Positions 63,740-64,000 of a stretch of 64,000 nt of DNA are shown here, in pieces. Each line of letters opens with the position of its first letter. Position 1 is the stretch's first letter. The notes under the pieces were generated by a model. That model did no database searches and was not told where the DNA came from. It saw nothing but the letters and a program-made list of their open reading frames with translations. Source of the DNA: Bacteroidales bacterium (lineage in GTDB: Bacteria > Bacteroidota > Bacteroidia > Bacteroidales > 4484-276); NCBI GenBank assembly GCA_036794825.1, contig DAIRGA010000015.1, forward strand, positions 38,590 through 102,589, in the 5' to 3' direction. A program made the position numbers and the translations under genes.

Positions 63740-64000
63740 ATGAAATGGAACTGGGGAACCAAACTGATGCTGGCTATGGCCGCATTTATGATTATGGTCA
63801 TCCTGTTTGGGATTCGGATGTTTCGCGAAGGGGTGGAGTTGGTGGAGAAAGACTATTATCCTAAAGGTCAGGCACACCAGCAATTGATTGACAAAAGAAA
63901 CAATGCAAAAGAATTCTCTGAGAAAATCAATATCACCCACGGGCAGGGAGTTGTAAAGATTTACTTTCCGGAGGAACTCGAAACTTCAAAGATTACAGGA
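63740..64000 (+). CDS. ccoH: FixH/CcoH-family protein, 5-prime part (runs off the right edge)
   Basis: Not in the ORF track. My translation from ATG 63740 is MKWNWGTKLMLAMAAFMIMVILFGIRMFREGVELVEKDYYPKGQAHQQLIDKRNNAKEF..., open to the window end. The position after ccoG fits. Confidence 0.65.
   Translation, partial: MKWNWGTKLMLAMAAFMIMVILFGIRMFREGVELVEKDYYPKGQAHQQLIDKRNNAKEFSEKINITHGQGVVKIYFPEELETSKITG

Overview
This is a chromosomal, mostly housekeeping segment of a Bacteroidota-type genome. The phylum call rests on four things I can see: two giant proteins ending in T9SS-type C-terminal sorting domains, recurrent TAnnTTTG -7 promoter boxes 20-110 nt upstream of starts, a fused ccoN-ccoO gene, and typical neighbourhoods (DUF4492-cydAB, DUF5683-parB-parA, DUF1573-yajC-ybbR-coaE). 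All domain and family names are recalled from visible motifs; no database search was run.

Gene content, left to right:
- The 5-prime part of an alternative-complex-III actA (minus strand, runs off the left edge, absent from the ORF track).
- A tight six-gene operon: HMA lipoprotein, DsrE-like lipoprotein, DUF4492, cydA, cydB, and an unlisted 42-codon ORF.
- Two large T9SS cargo genes.
- rsmE, DUF4159, lepB, dapB, DUF5683, parB, parA, a PUR-like DUF3276 gene, nusB, rlmD, aroK.
- A five-gene LolA-like / FtsX-permease x2 / ABC-ATPase / beta-barrel operon.
- tRNA-Val(GAC), flavodoxin, an HtrA-like protease, a PPi-type phosphofructokinase, yccF, a MerR regulator, an M23 peptidase, alaS.
- rpsP-rimM, a TrmN6-like methyltransferase, an SDR/DUF2867 protein, DUF1573-yajC-ybbR-coaE.
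- A cysteine-synthase homologue with a Cys-rich tail, galK, ppk2.
- A cbb3 oxidase cluster (ccoI, ccoS, ccoNO, ccoQ, ccoP, ccoG, fixH partial), interrupted by a 4.1-kb gene for a secreted protein with FISUMP-type repeats.

I found no CRISPR array, transposase, integrase, rRNA or recognisable defence genes.

The most unusual signals are at nucleotide level:
- Several intergenic spacers, mostly directly 3-prime of stop codons on the sense strand, are filled with strictly phased 7- or 8-nt tandem arrays. The clearest is 28 consecutive heptamers at 34444-34639. Several arrays contain canonical G-quadruplex motifs.
- A 144-nt nested inverted-repeat element lies upstream of the cysK-like gene.

I cannot point to a clear novel multi-gene system. 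The LolA-like/ABC/barrel operon and the repeat arrays are the best candidates for follow-up.
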